The notes under the pieces were generated by a model, which made no database searches, was not told the origin of the DNA, and was given only the letters and a program-made list of their open reading frames with translations. Positions 63,632-64,000 of a DNA stretch of 64,000 bases are shown one piece after another (within the stretch, counting starts at the first letter, position 1; every line of letters starts with the position of its first letter). This DNA comes from Stylophora pistillata (Eukaryota). The stretch lies in assembly GCF_002571385.2 (NCBI RefSeq), contig NW_019217847.1, positions 624,938 through 688,937 of the forward strand, read 5' to 3'. The translations under genes and the position numbers were made by a program.

Positions 63632-64000
63632 CTGAAAAAAACAAAAACCAATTCTTTAAAGCTAATGAACGAGCTTACGAATGAAAGAACAAAGCAAAGG
63701 GCAGACGGTTGCGTACCAATCGAAAGAAATTTCGGACAAGCGAACAAGCGAATGAATGATATTAAGGGGAAGTAAGTAAGGTGATTTAGTAACAGAATGC
63801 AATATATCTTGTCAGCCATAAGGGAGAGGTAGCATAAGTTCATAAATACGATTGGTTTCTTCTCTCCAAGTGCGCTCATAAAAATACTTCAGTTTTCACC
63901 ACAACTCCCCTCCTCCCCCTGCTTGGATTAGCCTGAGTCGACCGGCCACAGTTCTGACCCTGACCCTGATTATTCACAAGGTAAATAACTCTGTCAAAGG

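Overview
AT-rich eukaryotic genomic DNA with spliceosomal introns. The repeat types and gene content suggest a cnidarian, probably a scleractinian coral (inference). The main feature is a head-to-tail tandem array of at least six anoctamin/TMEM16 genes on the minus strand (19.8 kb to beyond the window end). I reconstructed five complete copies (about 870-910 aa, all splice phases closing) plus the 3' half of a sixth. One copy has two alternative coding first exons. The copies differ in intron number, N-terminal sorting motifs and Ca2+-site or pore residues, and the sixth appears to use a GC-AG intron. Left of the array are an orphan 289-aa ORF, an intronless class A GPCR and a two-exon endonuclease IV (APN1/Nfo) gene with a Kolobok-type transposon derivative just upstream of its ATG. 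Other mobile DNA: a 5'-truncated RTE-like LINE with a 12-bp TSD, a Mutator-like MITE with a 9-bp TSD, Tc1/IS630 and Harbinger-like remnants, and two Penelope-like elements. Their inverted termini carry minimal hammerhead-ribozyme motifs with the U3-A8 core variant. Two duplications next to single Ns (a 1,076-bp fold-back and a 184-bp copy) are probably assembly artefacts. All coordinates were read by eye and no database searches were run.
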